This document shows positions 29,704 to 38,582 of a stretch of DNA of 39,379 nt, piece after piece. Source of the DNA: a virus; UHGV virus genome UHGV-0141615; one strand, written 5' to 3'. Numbering within the stretch: position 1 is the stretch's first letter; each line of letters starts with the position of its first letter. The translations under genes and the position numbers were made by a program. The notes beneath the pieces are model-generated. The model ran no database searches. It saw only the letters and a program-made list of their open reading frames with translations, and was not told where the DNA came from.

Positions 29704-30405
29704 TTAGAAATCTCCGTCTGAGTCTTCTTCTTCGTAAGAGTCTCCGTCGTCTTCGTCCCAGCTTTCTTCGTCGCGTGGTTTGCTCGCTTTGGCAGAACCA
29801 GAGGCAACATAGCAGTTCTCTTCAACTTCGTCAGCCCAATCGTCTTCACCACCACCAAAGGTAGCCAGCTCAACCAACATGACAGACTCCAGCTGTAGCT
29901 TAACACTTGCGCCGACTGCCTGATTCCACTTGTACGGAACCAGAGAGTATTTGACTTTCAGCTTAGAGCCACCTCCGATAATCGGAACGTCTTCCATCTT
30001 CTTACCTTTGGAGTCAACCACAACCAGATTGATGTGCTTGGTCTCTTTGGTCTTCTTGTCCTGATAGGAAGCATATGATTTGAACTTAAAGGTAGTCGTG
30101 CCGTCGCCATTATCGAAGAACGGCATGTCTCCTTCATACGGTTTCAGTGGTTTCTTACCACGAGCTACAGCAGGCGGGTTCGCTTCGTATTCCTCAACGG
30201 CAGCAGCATAAGCCTCTTCGTGACACTTCACGATTTCATCGACCATACGCTGGCAGCGCGGGTCTTTGTTGGGAATAGTCAGGTCAACTTTGTAGACACC
30301 GCGAGGGTTACCAAAGCCACGCTCTTCGTTACCGTAGTCCGGCTTAGCGATGTAAGCGTAAGGTTCAGCAGTACCCAGCGCAGAGGTGAAAATCTTCTTA
30401 GCCAT
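29704..30405 (-). CDS. 2.5: ssDNA-binding protein, 233 aa, with an acidic C-terminal tail ending ...DGDF
   Basis: T7 gp2.5-like throughout. Confidence 0.95.
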   Translation of the reverse strand: MAKKIFTSALGTAEPYAYIAKPDYGNEERGFGNPRGVYKVDLTIPNKDPRCQRMVDEIVKCHEEAYAAAVEEYEANPPAVARGKKPLKPYEGDMPFFDNGDGTTTFKFKSYASYQDKKTKETKHINLVVVDSKGKKMEDVPIIGGGSKLKVKYSLVPYKWNQAVGASVKLQLESVMLVELATFGGGEDDWADEVEENCYVASGSAKASKPRDEESWDEDDGDSYEEEDSDGDF

Positions 30406-30449
30406 AATGTTAATCTCCTTTAGGTTTCGTTTGGTTTCTCAAAGGGAGT

Positions 30450-30470
30450 CTTCCCTAATAGTGAGTCGTA

Positions 30471-30472
<2 letters not shown>
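30450..30472 (-). promoter_or_regulatory. T7 RNAP promoter phi2.5 (TAATACGACTCACTATTAGGGAAG)
   Basis: Reverse complement read directly. +1 at 30455. Confidence 0.85.
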
Positions 30473-30756
<284 letters not shown>

Positions 30757-30778
30757 CTTGTGGCACCATTCACTCGGC

Positions 30779-31318
30779 TTAAGCATCGTAGCACTTATCC
30801 TTATGTTTCTCGTACAGTTCACCATAGAACCCAGCTTTCGCCATGTCCTTCTCTAAGTACGCCAGTTCGGATTTCTTACCAGCACGTAGGCGGTACTTAA
30901 GGATGTTCCCTAAGCAATACCCCTTGAACTGCTCACGGGTCATCGAACGGGCAATCACTTCGATAGCCTCAATGTCGTCAAACAGCATGTAATGGGATGG
31001 CTTAGTGACACCTTCGATTGACTCAGCGGAAGGCTGGTCATCTGTCGGAGTTACCTCAAGTTTATTCAGATGAGGTTTACGTGGGTCCATCGCTCTGATT
31101 TCACCTAAGGTAATGTTCTCATCGTTTGTTACAGGGCACTCACCACAAGGTACTCCAGCGCAGAACAGGCCGCAACCAGACGTGTCGCCAGTACGACCCT
31201 CGTTATTATCTATCAACTTGATGATAATATCTTGTTCACGTTCGGTCATATTGTTAGCTCCTTTGTTACAAGTGTGCGGATAACGGTCGTCTTTCTCTAA
31301 GCAAGCTATGCACCCCAT
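30779..31318 (-). CDS. 1.7: gp1.7, nucleotide kinase, 179 aa, with a shorter N-terminus than T7 (196 aa)
   Basis: [22 protein letters not shown]... aligns with T7 gp1.7 from about residue 20 onwards. Confidence 0.85.
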   Translation of the reverse strand: MGCIACLEKDDRYPHTCNKGANNMTEREQDIIIKLIDNNEGRTGDTSGCGLFCAGVPCGECPVTNDENITLGEIRAMDPRKPHLNKLEVTPTDDQPSAESIEGVTKPSHYMLFDDIEAIEVIARSMTREQFKGYCLGNILKYRLRAGKKSELAYLEKDMAKAGFYGELYEKHKDKCYDA

Positions 31319-31578
31319 CAGAACACCTCCTTGATACGTTTGAGTAACAGACGGACGAACGGGAAGCGGGTCACTGCCACACTAAGAACCGGACGTTTCT
31401 TGTCTATTGCTTTCTCAAAGTCACCACGGGTGATAATGATGTGGACGCTCGGTGCCAGAGGAACTGTGTTACCAATAAGAGGTAATTTAGCTCGGCGCTC
31501 GCTCGCACATACGATTGAACGGTCAGCACGGCGAACCGTGAAATTCTTAATGCTTTTGTTGTAATGAAGTCGAAACAT
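31318..31578 (-). CDS. 1.6: gp1.6, 86 aa
   Basis: [37 protein letters not shown]... is T7 gp1.6-like. The ATG at 31578 follows the phi1.6 GGAGAC. Confidence 0.8.
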   Translation of the reverse strand: MFRLHYNKSIKNFTVRRADRSIVCASERRAKLPLIGNTVPLAPSVHIIITRGDFEKAIDKKRPVLSVAVTRFPFVRLLLKRIKEVF

Positions 31579-31583
31579 ATAGT

Positions 31584-31606
31584 GTCTCCTATAGTGAGTC
31601 GTATTA
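31584..31606 (-). promoter_or_regulatory. T7 RNAP promoter phi1.6
   Basis: Reverse complement of TAATACGACTCACTATAGGAGAC. +1 at 31589. Confidence 0.9.
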
Positions 31607-31693
31607 AGCATGACCATCTGGCATATCGTCATCGCTACAGTGGAGCGCAAGGCATCCAACGATGACAATGAGTAATGGCATTAAGTACATCAT
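31604..31693 (-). CDS. 1.5: gp1.5, 29 aa ([29 protein letters not shown])
   Basis: Short ORF right after phi1.5 with SD GGAGGT. It matches T7 gp1.5. Confidence 0.55.
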   Translation of the reverse strand: MMYLMPLLIVIVGCLALHCSDDDMPDGHA

Positions 31694-31700
31694 GATGTGT

Positions 31701-31723
31701 ACCTCCTTTAGTGAGTCGTATTA
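31701..31723 (-). promoter_or_regulatory. T7 RNAP promoter phi1.5 (TAATACGACTCACTAAAGGAGGT)
   Basis: Reverse complement read directly. +1 at 31706. Confidence 0.9.
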
Positions 31724-31876
31724 GCAATTGACGAAGCACCACACACAAGCGCACGCTGCCGCTAGGCAACACGCACCAACTACTACGAGTGCTACTTGAG
31801 GATATACCACCAGAAGATATGCAAACGTCAGGATAGCTGCCCAAGCTGCAAGGAACTTACCGACCTTCTTCAACAT
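31721..31876 (-). CDS. 1.4: gp1.4, 51 aa, a hydrophobic small protein
   Basis: MLKKVGKFLAAWAAILTFAYLLVVYPQVALVVVGACCLAAACACVWCFVNC. SD AAGGAGACACTTTATG. It is the first gene after TE, as in T7. Confidence 0.65.
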   Translation of the reverse strand: MLKKVGKFLAAWAAILTFAYLLVVYPQVALVVVGACCLAAACACVWCFVNC

Positions 31877-31887
31877 AAAGTGTCTCC

Positions 31888-31922
31888 TTATAAACGCAGA
31901 AAGGCCCACCCGAAGGTGAGCC
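31888..31922 (-). terminator. TE, the intrinsic terminator of host-RNAP early transcription
   Basis: Reverse complement GGCTCACCTTCGGGTGGGCCTTTCTGCGTTTAT, a GC hairpin plus U-run identical to T7 TE. Confidence 0.9.
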
Positions 31923-31929
31923 AGTGTGA

Positions 31930-32952
31930 TTACATTTTCTCTTGAGGGTTGTCCTCGGTGCCACGGAACATTACGAACGATGGGTGACGCAGGGAGCCAT
32001 CAGGTGTTTGCTCCATATAACTAATCTGGCAAGCGTGACCATTGTAGAAGTCACGGCCTTCAATGTTTACGGTATTCGTGAACTCGTCCATTAAGGCGCG
32101 AGAGATGTTTGTGGCGTTTACTACACGACCACTCTCAAGAAGCACCTCAAAGCCAATCACTTTACCTTCGTTAGCCAGACCTTCCGTACCCCATACCAGA
32201 CCTTGGATAATACCGTCAGCCTCGTTCTCTGGTTTCATTTTCCACCAGCCGGACTTCTTGCCTCGCTTGTATATTCCCATCGGGTCTTTCACAATGAGAC
32301 CTTCGTGGCCTTCCGCTCGCTTCTTCTCGTACAGTTGCTGTAGTTCTACCATATCGTAGACCTCGTAAGATTCAGCCGCTTGCCATTCGATTTCAGGGAA
32401 GTATTCCTGTAGCAGAGGCAGCATGTTCTTAACGTGTTCCTGCATGAGCAGCGTCATGACATCGCAGTCTTCTCCAGACTCCACGATGTGCAGCGGTAGG
32501 ATAGCGTACAGTTTGACGTGAAGGTGCCCAGTGTGCAGCTTAAAGGGAACCTTATCTTTCTTACGGATTGGCTCAGCGAATAACTCTTCGTGGAACTCTT
32601 GGTTCTTGGTGTCAGTCCATTTGGTGCGCAGTAGGCCGGACCCTGTGTTAAAGTCTACGCCCTTGACCATGAGTTCCCCATCAAGCATAAAGCCATCCTT
32701 GTAGAAGCAACGGTCATCGTTCAGCAGACGCTTCCAGCGAACATCAAATCCGTTTAAGTGCTCCAGTGCCGGAATCGTTTTAGATACACGAGAGAGCCAG
32801 CAACTGTTAGCGGTATTATCTACGCAGATGTTCCCACGTACGCCATCGTACTTGATGTCAGCGATAAGATACCCAGCGTTATCCAGAGCTTTCTTAATGG
32901 AAGACTCTACGAAAGACACTGCTTTAAACGGACTGGTCTTAATGTTCATCAT
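31930..32952 (-). CDS. 1.3: ATP-dependent DNA ligase, about 340 aa from the SD-supported ATG
   Basis: MMNIKTSPFKAVSFVESSIKKALDNAGYLIADIKYDGVRGN... has the KYDG adenylation motif. It is T7 gp1.3-like, but a segment near the C-terminus (..FTNTVNIEGRDFYNGHACQISYME..) is shorter and different from T7. Confidence 0.9.
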   Translation of the reverse strand: MMNIKTSPFKAVSFVESSIKKALDNAGYLIADIKYDGVRGNICVDNTANSCWLSRVSKTIPALEHLNGFDVRWKRLLNDDRCFYKDGFMLDGELMVKGVDFNTGSGLLRTKWTDTKNQEFHEELFAEPIRKKDKVPFKLHTGHLHVKLYAILPLHIVESGEDCDVMTLLMQEHVKNMLPLLQEYFPEIEWQAAESYEVYDMVELQQLYEKKRAEGHEGLIVKDPMGIYKRGKKSGWWKMKPENEADGIIQGLVWGTEGLANEGKVIGFEVLLESGRVVNATNISRALMDEFTNTVNIEGRDFYNGHACQISYMEQTPDGSLRHPSFVMFRGTEDNPQEKM

Positions 32953-32972
32953 AATGTTTATCTCCATGTTTT

Positions 32973-33012
32973 GGTTAAATGACTAAGGCCACTCAATGAG
33001 CGACCTTAAGCA
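32973..33012 (-). promoter_or_regulatory. RNase III hairpin R1.3
   Basis: GGGACAATGCTTAAGGTCGCTCATTGAGTGGCCTTAGTC in the phi1.3 leader. Confidence 0.5.
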
Positions 33013-33013
33013 T

Positions 33014-33036
33014 TGTCCCTATACTGAGTCGTATTA
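33014..33036 (-). promoter_or_regulatory. T7 RNAP promoter phi1.3 (TAATACGACTCAGTATAGGGACA)
   Basis: Reverse complement read directly, with the characteristic CAGTATA variant of T7 phi1.3. +1 at 33019. Confidence 0.85.
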
Positions 33037-33306
33037 CTTCCAGTCCTTCAAATCACTATGCACCTTGCGTAACCATTCGGCCTGTGCGTTGCAGCGTACA
33101 TCTTCATCATCCTGTTCGAACCGCTTGGATGTCAACTCTACGCCATTCCGCAAGACCACTCGAAGAGTCTCACCAGCTACCCATCGGCGCTGTGCGTAGT
33201 CTTCACGTCGATAAGTCTCAGTGACCACATCGACGGCATGGTCTTCTCTGAGGCGCTTGATAGCATCTTTGTATGCTGCCAGATTGCCACTATACAGACG
33301 TCCCAT
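33034..33306 (-). CDS. 1.2: gp1.2, 90 aa. In T7 it inhibits the host dGTP triphosphohydrolase and is a target of F-plasmid PifA exclusion. The ends are conserved but the central region is divergent.
   Basis: MGRLYSGNLAA...HSDLKDWK. The first 11 and last 8 residues match T7 gp1.2. The core (YKDAIKRLREDHAVDVVTETYRREDYAQRRWVAGE...) does not. SD GGAGGG lies before the ATG at 33306. Confidence 0.8.
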   Translation of the reverse strand: MGRLYSGNLAAYKDAIKRLREDHAVDVVTETYRREDYAQRRWVAGETLRVVLRNGVELTSKRFEQDDEDVRCNAQAEWLRKVHSDLKDWK

Positions 33307-33307
33307 C

Positions 33308-33439
33308 TTACTGACCCTCCCAGCAGCGTTTATGCGCACGGGTGCGTAATGGTTTATTAAACTTACGACCTTTAGTTACCTCGAAGCGGTCATGAGCATT
33401 ACGGTTAGAACGTTTGGTCATCTTTTCGAAGTTACGCAT
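33308..33439 (-). CDS. 1.1: gp1.1, 43 aa, basic (MRNFEKMTKRSNRNAHDRFEVTKGRKFNKPLRTRAHKRCWEGQ)
   Basis: First ORF after phi1.1B. It is T7 gp1.1-like. Confidence 0.65.
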   Translation of the reverse strand: MRNFEKMTKRSNRNAHDRFEVTKGRKFNKPLRTRAHKRCWEGQ

Positions 33440-33517
33440 ACTTAAAGTCCTCTCTTAGTAATTCTTTAATTTAAATCTCTAATTAACACTTAAGGGTCTT
33501 AAAGTTAAACCTTAAGG

Positions 33518-33540
33518 TTCTCCTATAGTGAGTCGTATTA
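33518..33540 (-). promoter_or_regulatory. T7 RNAP promoter phi1.1B
   Basis: Reverse complement of TAATACGACTCACTATAGGAGAA. +1 at 33523. Confidence 0.9.
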
Positions 33541-33547
33541 ACCGGAA

Positions 33548-33592
33548 GAAGGTCAATCATAAAGGCCACTCTTGCGAATGACCTTGAGTTTG
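33548..33592 (-). promoter_or_regulatory. RNase III hairpin R1.1
   Basis: GGGACAAACTCAAGGTCATTCGCAAGAGTGGCCTTTATGATTGACC between the two phi1.1 promoters, as in T7. Confidence 0.55.
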
Positions 33593-33593
33593 T

Positions 33594-33616
33594 CCCCTCT
33601 ATAGTGAGTCGTATTA
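33594..33616 (-). promoter_or_regulatory. T7 RNAP promoter phi1.1A (TAATACGACTCACTATAGAGGGG)
   Basis: Reverse complement read directly. +1 at 33599. It lies immediately after the gene 1 stop. Confidence 0.85.
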
Positions 33617-33624
33617 ATTTGACG

Positions 33625-36276
33625 TTACGCGAACGCAAAGTCTGACTTAAGGATGTCTTGGAGATTCAAGTTACCCTTAGCAGGAAGTGCCGGCATTTTA
33701 TCCAATTGAGACTCGTGCAACTGGTCAGCGAACTGGTCGTAGAAGTCAGCCAGTACATCACAAGACTCATAGGTGTCCACCATGGTTTCGCGCACAGCTT
33801 TGAACAAGTTGGCAGCGTCAGCCGGAATGGTCCCGAAGGAGTCGTGAATCAATGCAAAAGACTCGATTCCATACTTCTCGTGCGCCCATACTACAGTCTT
33901 ACGCAGGTGGCTACCGTCTTGGCTGTGTACAAAGTTAGGAGCGATACCAGACTCCTGTTTGTGTGCATCAATCTCGCTATCTTTGTTGGTGTTAATGGTT
34001 GGCTGTAGACGGAACTGACCTAGGAACATCAGGTTCAAGCGAGTCTGAATAGGCTTCTTGTATTCCTGCCACACAGGGAAGCCATCAGGAGTTACCCAAT
34101 GCACAGCGCAACGCTTACGAAGAATCTCTCCAGTCTTCTTATCTTTGACATCAGCAGCCAGCAGCTTAGCGGCAGACTTAAGCCAGTTCATAGCTTCCAC
34201 AGCGGCTACCACCGTCACGCTCACAGCTTCCCAAATCAGTTTCGCCATGTATCCAGCAGCCTGATTCGGTTGAGTGAACATCAGACCTTTACCGGAATCA
34301 ATAGCTGGCTGAATGGTATCTTCCAGCACTTGTTGACGGAATCCGAACTCTTTTGACCCGTAAGCCAGCGTCATAACTGAACGCTTAGTCACGCTGCGAG
34401 TAACACCGTAAGCCAACCACTGACCAGCCAGCGCCTTGGTGCCCAGCTTGACTTTCTCAGAGATTTCACCAGTGTTTTCATCAGTCACGGTAACTACTTC
34501 GTTGTCTGTTCCGTTGATTACGTCTTCTTGCAGAATCACGTTGACTTTCTTAGCAACAATCCCGTAGATGTCCTGAACTGTTGCACTAGGCAGCAGGTTA
34601 ACAGCAAGACCACCTACCTCATCGAGTAGCATCGCGGAGAAGTGCTGAATGCCAGAGCAAGACCCATCGAACGCCAGAGGCAGTGAGCAGTTGTAACTTA
34701 ATCCGTGGTGCTGTACCCCAGCGTACTCAAAGCAGAACGCGAGGAAGCAGAATGGGGAATCCTGCTCAGCCCACCAAGTGTTCTCAAGTGGAGACTTAGC
34801 GCAAGCCATGATGTTCTCGTGGTTGTCCTCAATGAACTTGATGCGCTCAGGGAACGGAACCTTATCAACGCCTGCACAGTTTGCACCGTGGATTTTCAAC
34901 CAGTAATAACCCTCCTTGCCGATTGGTTTACCTTTCGCCAGAGTCAGCAGACCCTTGGTCATATCGTTACCTTGCGGGTTGAACATTGACACAGCGTAAA
35001 CACGACCGCGCCAGTCCATGTTGTAAGGGAACCAGATGGCCTTATGGTTAGCGAACTTGTTAGCTTGCTCAAGCATGGACTCAAGGCTGATACGGCGAGA
35101 CTTGCGAGCCTTGTCCTTGCGATACACAGCGGCAGCAGCACGCTTCCAAGCGGTGAGTGACTCAGGATTCGTGTCGATGTCTTCCTGTTTCATCGGGAGT
35201 TCTTCACGCTCAATCGCTGGGATGTCCTCTACAGGGCAATGCTTCCACTTGGTGATTACGTTGGCGACCGCTAGGACTTTCTTGTTGATTTTCCATGCGG
35301 TGTTTTGCGCAATGTTAATCGCTTTGTACACCTCAGGCATGCAAACATCTTCGTAGCGCATCAGTGCTTTCTTGCTGTGGGTACGTACAAGCGCCAGAGG
35401 GCGACGACCGTTAGCCCAATAGCCACCACCAGTAATACCAGTCCACGGCTTAGGAGGTACTACACAAGGTTGGAACATTGGGGAAATGCCAGCAAGCGCA
35501 CCTGCACGGGTTGCGATAGCCTCAGCGTATTCCGGTGTCAGCTCGATAGTCTCAGAGTCTTGACCAACTACACCAGCATTTTGACGATGCAAGCTAACCA
35601 TTCCGGTTGACTCAATGAGCATCTCAATGCAGCGCACACCCACGTGAATGGAGTCTTCCTTATGCCACGAAGACCACGCCTCGCCACCCAGTAGACCCTT
35701 AGAGAGCATGTCAGCCTCGACAACTTGCATGAATGCTTTCTTGTAGACGTGACCTACACGCTTGTTAAGTTGTTCCTCAACGTTTTTCTTGAAGTGCTTA
35801 GCTTCAAGGTCACGGATTCGACCAAAGCGCGCCTCGTCCTCAATGGCTCGACCGATTGCGCTGGCTACTGCCTGAACGGTTGTATTGTCTGCACTGGTTA
35901 GACAAGCCAGAGTGTTCTTAATGGTGATGTACGCTACAGCTTCCGGCTTGATTTCTTGCAGGAACTGGAAGGCAGTCGGGCGCTTGCCTCGCTTAGCTTT
36001 CACTTCCTCAAACCAATCGTTGATGCGTGCAATCATTTTAGGGAGCAGGGTAGTAATCAGAGGCTTAGCGGCAGCGTTATCTGCGACCTCACCAGCTTTA
36101 AGCTGACGCTCAAACATCTTGCGGAAGCGTGCTTCACCCATTTCGTAAGACTCATGCTCAAGGGCCAACTGTTCGCGAGCTAAACGCTCACCGTAATGGT
36201 CAGCCAGAGTGTTGAACGGAATAGCAGCCAGTTCGATGTCAGAGAAGTCGTTCTTAGCGATGTTAATCGTGTTCAT
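33625..36276 (-). CDS. 1: T7-type single-subunit DNA-dependent RNA polymerase, 883 aa
   Basis: MNTINIAKNDFSDIELAAIPFNTLADHYGERLAREQL...DFAFA has the same length as T7 RNAP. About 15 substitutions were seen by eye, roughly 98 percent identity. Confidence 0.98.
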   Translation of the reverse strand: MNTINIAKNDFSDIELAAIPFNTLADHYGERLAREQLALEHESYEMGEARFRKMFERQLKAGEVADNAAAKPLITTLLPKMIARINDWFEEVKAKRGKRPTAFQFLQEIKPEAVAYITIKNTLACLTSADNTTVQAVASAIGRAIEDEARFGRIRDLEAKHFKKNVEEQLNKRVGHVYKKAFMQVVEADMLSKGLLGGEAWSSWHKEDSIHVGVRCIEMLIESTGMVSLHRQNAGVVGQDSETIELTPEYAEAIATRAGALAGISPMFQPCVVPPKPWTGITGGGYWANGRRPLALVRTHSKKALMRYEDVCMPEVYKAINIAQNTAWKINKKVLAVANVITKWKHCPVEDIPAIEREELPMKQEDIDTNPESLTAWKRAAAAVYRKDKARKSRRISLESMLEQANKFANHKAIWFPYNMDWRGRVYAVSMFNPQGNDMTKGLLTLAKGKPIGKEGYYWLKIHGANCAGVDKVPFPERIKFIEDNHENIMACAKSPLENTWWAEQDSPFCFLAFCFEYAGVQHHGLSYNCSLPLAFDGSCSGIQHFSAMLLDEVGGLAVNLLPSATVQDIYGIVAKKVNVILQEDVINGTDNEVVTVTDENTGEISEKVKLGTKALAGQWLAYGVTRSVTKRSVMTLAYGSKEFGFRQQVLEDTIQPAIDSGKGLMFTQPNQAAGYMAKLIWEAVSVTVVAAVEAMNWLKSAAKLLAADVKDKKTGEILRKRCAVHWVTPDGFPVWQEYKKPIQTRLNLMFLGQFRLQPTINTNKDSEIDAHKQESGIAPNFVHSQDGSHLRKTVVWAHEKYGIESFALIHDSFGTIPADAANLFKAVRETMVDTYESCDVLADFYDQFADQLHESQLDKMPALPAKGNLNLQDILKSDFAFA

Positions 36277-36282
36277 TTAGTA

Positions 36283-36345
36283 CCTCTTCCGGTTAGTAAA
36301 TCGTATCTATTCAGGCCACCCGCAGATGACCTGTAAGATAAGACT
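36283..36345 (-). promoter_or_regulatory. RNase III hairpin R1 between genes 0.7 and 1
   Basis: GATAGTCTTATCTTACAGGTCATCTGCGGGTGGCCTGAATAGATACGATTTACTAAC, essentially the T7 R1. Confidence 0.6.
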
Positions 36346-36346
36346 A

Positions 36347-37426
36347 TCAGCCCATTAGCATTGCGTCAAGTTTCTTGTCGATGTTAAGCGGAAGACCGTT
36401 AGCGATAGCCATCCGGTCAGCTTGGAACCAGTGCGCTGCGATTCGTTCCTCAAGCGCCTTAAAGTCCCCAGCGAACATGTGCGCCCATAGCATAGCGTTA
36501 TTGGTTAGACCCAGTACATCCACAGCTACCTCATGGTTACGTCGTTCTTGACGTTCAGCCATGCGCCACTGTGCGCACATTCTCTTATGTTTCGCTTGGT
36601 GTGCTTTACGTGCCTTGCGGTTGCGGCGCTTGAATCTGCGCGCCTCCAATCTACCCACATGACGTTCTTTACGTTCCTTAGCGCGGTCAATTTCTTTCTG
36701 TCGTGCGACCTCCTCGACTTCCTTAATGAGTTCCTCAGGGTCAATGCTGAACGAGCCACCATCTTTCTTCTGAGAGAACGATACAGGGTCGGTAATGAAG
36801 GGCATATCATCGTCGCTGAACATGATGTTCCCGCTGTGCATGTCGAACGAAGCGATGCCCTCAAAGAACTTGCGGATTAACTTGCAAGTCTCGACGAACT
36901 CGCCATCCCATCCAGTTAAACCATCGTGCTCACCTGATTTATAGTCAATGATGTCGCTTGCAATCTCAGCGTATTTATAATGTTCATCATTGTTGAAACG
37001 CTCGCAATCATTCAGTGCATCGAGTACAACCGTATAGCATCCAGCGTGACGCTGTACATCGTAGACGTTAGGGATACCGGCACGGCCCTGATACATGCGG
37101 CAGAATGCGGTGTATGCTGCGCCTGAGTCCTCTTTCTTAAAGCCCACCTTAATCACCCTGTTAGGCAGCAGCGGGTGACTATAAGCAGCCGAGAAGTGAC
37201 CATTACCAAGCATCTTGAAACCTGTGTCAGCCGTGAGGCACTTCAAGGTAGTCCACCAGTCTTGAAACTCAAGTGCCTGATTCAGTTCGGTTATCTCGCC
37301 ATCGCATGTTTCGCTGTTGACCATCTCGACCAGTAAGTCGATAAGCATCCCTTGACGCTTGTCAAGTTCACAGATTGGAAGTGCTTTGATTGCGTCGATA
37401 GCGTTCATGATGTCGGTAATGTTCAT
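36347..37426 (-). CDS. 0.7: Ser/Thr protein kinase and host transcription shut-off protein, 359 aa
   Basis: [44 protein letters not shown]... is T7 gp0.7-like with the same length. Confidence 0.95.
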   Translation of the reverse strand: MNITDIMNAIDAIKALPICELDKRQGMLIDLLVEMVNSETCDGEITELNQALEFQDWWTTLKCLTADTGFKMLGNGHFSAAYSHPLLPNRVIKVGFKKEDSGAAYTAFCRMYQGRAGIPNVYDVQRHAGCYTVVLDALNDCERFNNDEHYKYAEIASDIIDYKSGEHDGLTGWDGEFVETCKLIRKFFEGIASFDMHSGNIMFSDDDMPFITDPVSFSQKKDGGSFSIDPEELIKEVEEVARQKEIDRAKERKERHVGRLEARRFKRRNRKARKAHQAKHKRMCAQWRMAERQERRNHEVAVDVLGLTNNAMLWAHMFAGDFKALEERIAAHWFQADRMAIANGLPLNIDKKLDAMLMG

Positions 37427-37448
37427 TTCAGTGTGTCCTTTATGTTCG

Positions 37449-37667
37449 TTATGAGATAGCGTTCAGTGTGTTGGCTAGTGCCTGTTCAAGTGCGGCAAGT
37501 TTCTTGGCTTTAATCTTTTCCTTTCGCCGATGCCATGCCGCCCTTTCTTGTGCCTTGCGGCGTTCAAGGTTGTTCTCTCGCCACGTCCTTACCATACGTC
37601 TATTTGCAGCGTATAGTGTACCATTGGGCATGTAACCTTTCTTTAAGCCATCAGTGCGTTCTGTCAT
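37449..37667 (-). CDS. 0.6B: 72-aa ORF in the gene 0.6B region ([72 protein letters not shown]). It is continuous here with its own ATG, which overlaps the 3' end of 0.6A.
   Basis: The N-terminal 38 aa match the T7 0.6B-specific frame. Here the frame stays open through ...[16 protein letters not shown] without needing a frameshift. Confidence 0.5.
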   Translation of the reverse strand: MTERTDGLKKGYMPNGTLYAANRRMVRTWRENNLERRKAQERAAWHRRKEKIKAKKLAALEQALANTLNAIS

Positions 37668-37812
37668 AGCTGGAACCTATCTGGTTAATCTTGCGGTTGA
37701 TGCGTAGTTCACGCTTAAGGCGTTCTATTCGTTGTTTCATTGCGAACCCATCAGGTGTGCATACAGTTGCCCCGTTGGACGTGTGGATAGGCATAACGTA
37801 GTGTTTCAGCAT
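37651..37812 (-). CDS. 0.6A: gp0.6A, 53 aa (an MreB-interacting protein in T7)
   Basis: [53 protein letters not shown] matches T7 gp0.6A. The ATG overlaps the gene 0.5 stop. Confidence 0.7.
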   Translation of the reverse strand: MLKHYVMPIHTSNGATVCTPDGFAMKQRIERLKRELRINRKINQIGSSYDRTH

Positions 37813-37940
37813 TTGCGTAGTGCTCCCGTGATGATACAAGCGACCAAGTAAGCGCCTACAGCTACACCCAAAGACTCCCCAAAAGATGCGCCCACGGCTA
37901 GACCTAGCGCGGTGAGTAGACCGATAGTAAGCATATACAT
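37806..37940 (-). CDS. 0.5: gp0.5, 44 aa, a small membrane protein (MYMLTIGLLTALGLAVGASFGESLGVAVGAYLVACIITGALRKC)
   Basis: Matches T7 gp0.5 over most of its length. Confidence 0.6.
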   Translation of the reverse strand: MYMLTIGLLTALGLAVGASFGESLGVAVGAYLVACIITGALRKC

Positions 37941-37954
37941 TACTCCCATAAGTA

Positions 37955-38003
37955 AAGTGATAATCATAAAGGCCACTCGCTAGGAGCGACCTTGAGTTTA
38001 TCA
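37955..38003 (-). promoter_or_regulatory. RNase III hairpin R0.5
   Basis: GATAAACTCAAGGTCGCTCCTAGCGAGTGGCCTTTATGATTATCAC, near-identical to T7 R0.5. Confidence 0.6.
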
Positions 38004-38153
38004 CTCGGCAGACTCCAAGGCTATTGCCTTGTTGTTTTCGTACAGTTCCTTAAGGTGTGCCATTGCGAGCGACCAATCAAACCCGCAGCGCACCATGTCA
38101 CTATAAAACAGTACAGTTTGAGCGGTCAGCCCATATTGCATGTTGTTAGCCAT
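38001..38153 (-). CDS. 0.4: gp0.4, 50 aa (an FtsZ inhibitor in T7)
   Basis: [50 protein letters not shown]. The ATG overlaps the ocr stop (TAATG) as in T7. Confidence 0.7.
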   Translation of the reverse strand: MANNMQYGLTAQTVLFYSDMVRCGFDWSLAMAHLKELYENNKAIALESAE

Positions 38154-38515
38154 TACTCTTCGTCCTCTTCGTAGTCTTCATCTTCCTCGACTTCCTCAAG
38201 GTACTCGTTCAGTAAGTCCTCAGCGTCTGCCCAGAGGTCAATCGTGAGTTGCTCATAGATGCGAGCTTGCAGGATGCGGATTACGTCCTTGGTGTCCGGC
38301 ATCAGACCAGAGTCCTCGAACTCAAGGTCAATGCCCTCGCTTGCCATTACGCTGAAAATGTCGCTGTAGTAGTGCGGAACGGCGCTATCGGCAGCCATGT
38401 GAACAGCATCGTGCAGGCCATCAGTGTCGCGGATGTCATCATAACGGATGTTTTCTTTCAGCATTTCGTAAGCGTGGTCGAAAACGTTGTTGTAAGTCAT
38501 GTTAGACATAGCCAT
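38153..38515 (-). CDS. 0.3: Ocr, a DNA-mimic anti-restriction (anti-RM/BREX) protein, 120 aa
   Basis: [32 protein letters not shown]... is about 90 percent identical to T7 Ocr. The acidic C-terminal tail [13 protein letters not shown] differs slightly. Confidence 0.95.
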   Translation of the reverse strand: MAMSNMTYNNVFDHAYEMLKENIRYDDIRDTDGLHDAVHMAADSAVPHYYSDIFSVMASEGIDLEFEDSGLMPDTKDVIRILQARIYEQLTIDLWADAEDLLNEYLEEVEEDEDYEEDEE

Positions 38516-38524
38516 CTTGTGTTA

Positions 38525-38582
38525 CCTCGTGCAGTTATTAGTGAATATCATTAAAGGGCACCTTGCGATACCCTTGAGTTAT
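38525..38582 (-). promoter_or_regulatory. RNase III hairpin R0.3 in the early leader
   Basis: AACTCAAGGGTATCGCAAGGTGCCCTTTAATGATATTCACTAATAACTGCACGAGG matches T7 R0.3. Confidence 0.55.

Noticed and set aside
29643-29906. 87-aa minus-strand ORF that could be mistaken for gene 2.8
   Set aside because: It lies entirely inside gene 2.5 in another frame. It has no resemblance to gp2.8 and no SD, and T7 gene 2.8 would lie between 2.5 and 3, where there is no space here.
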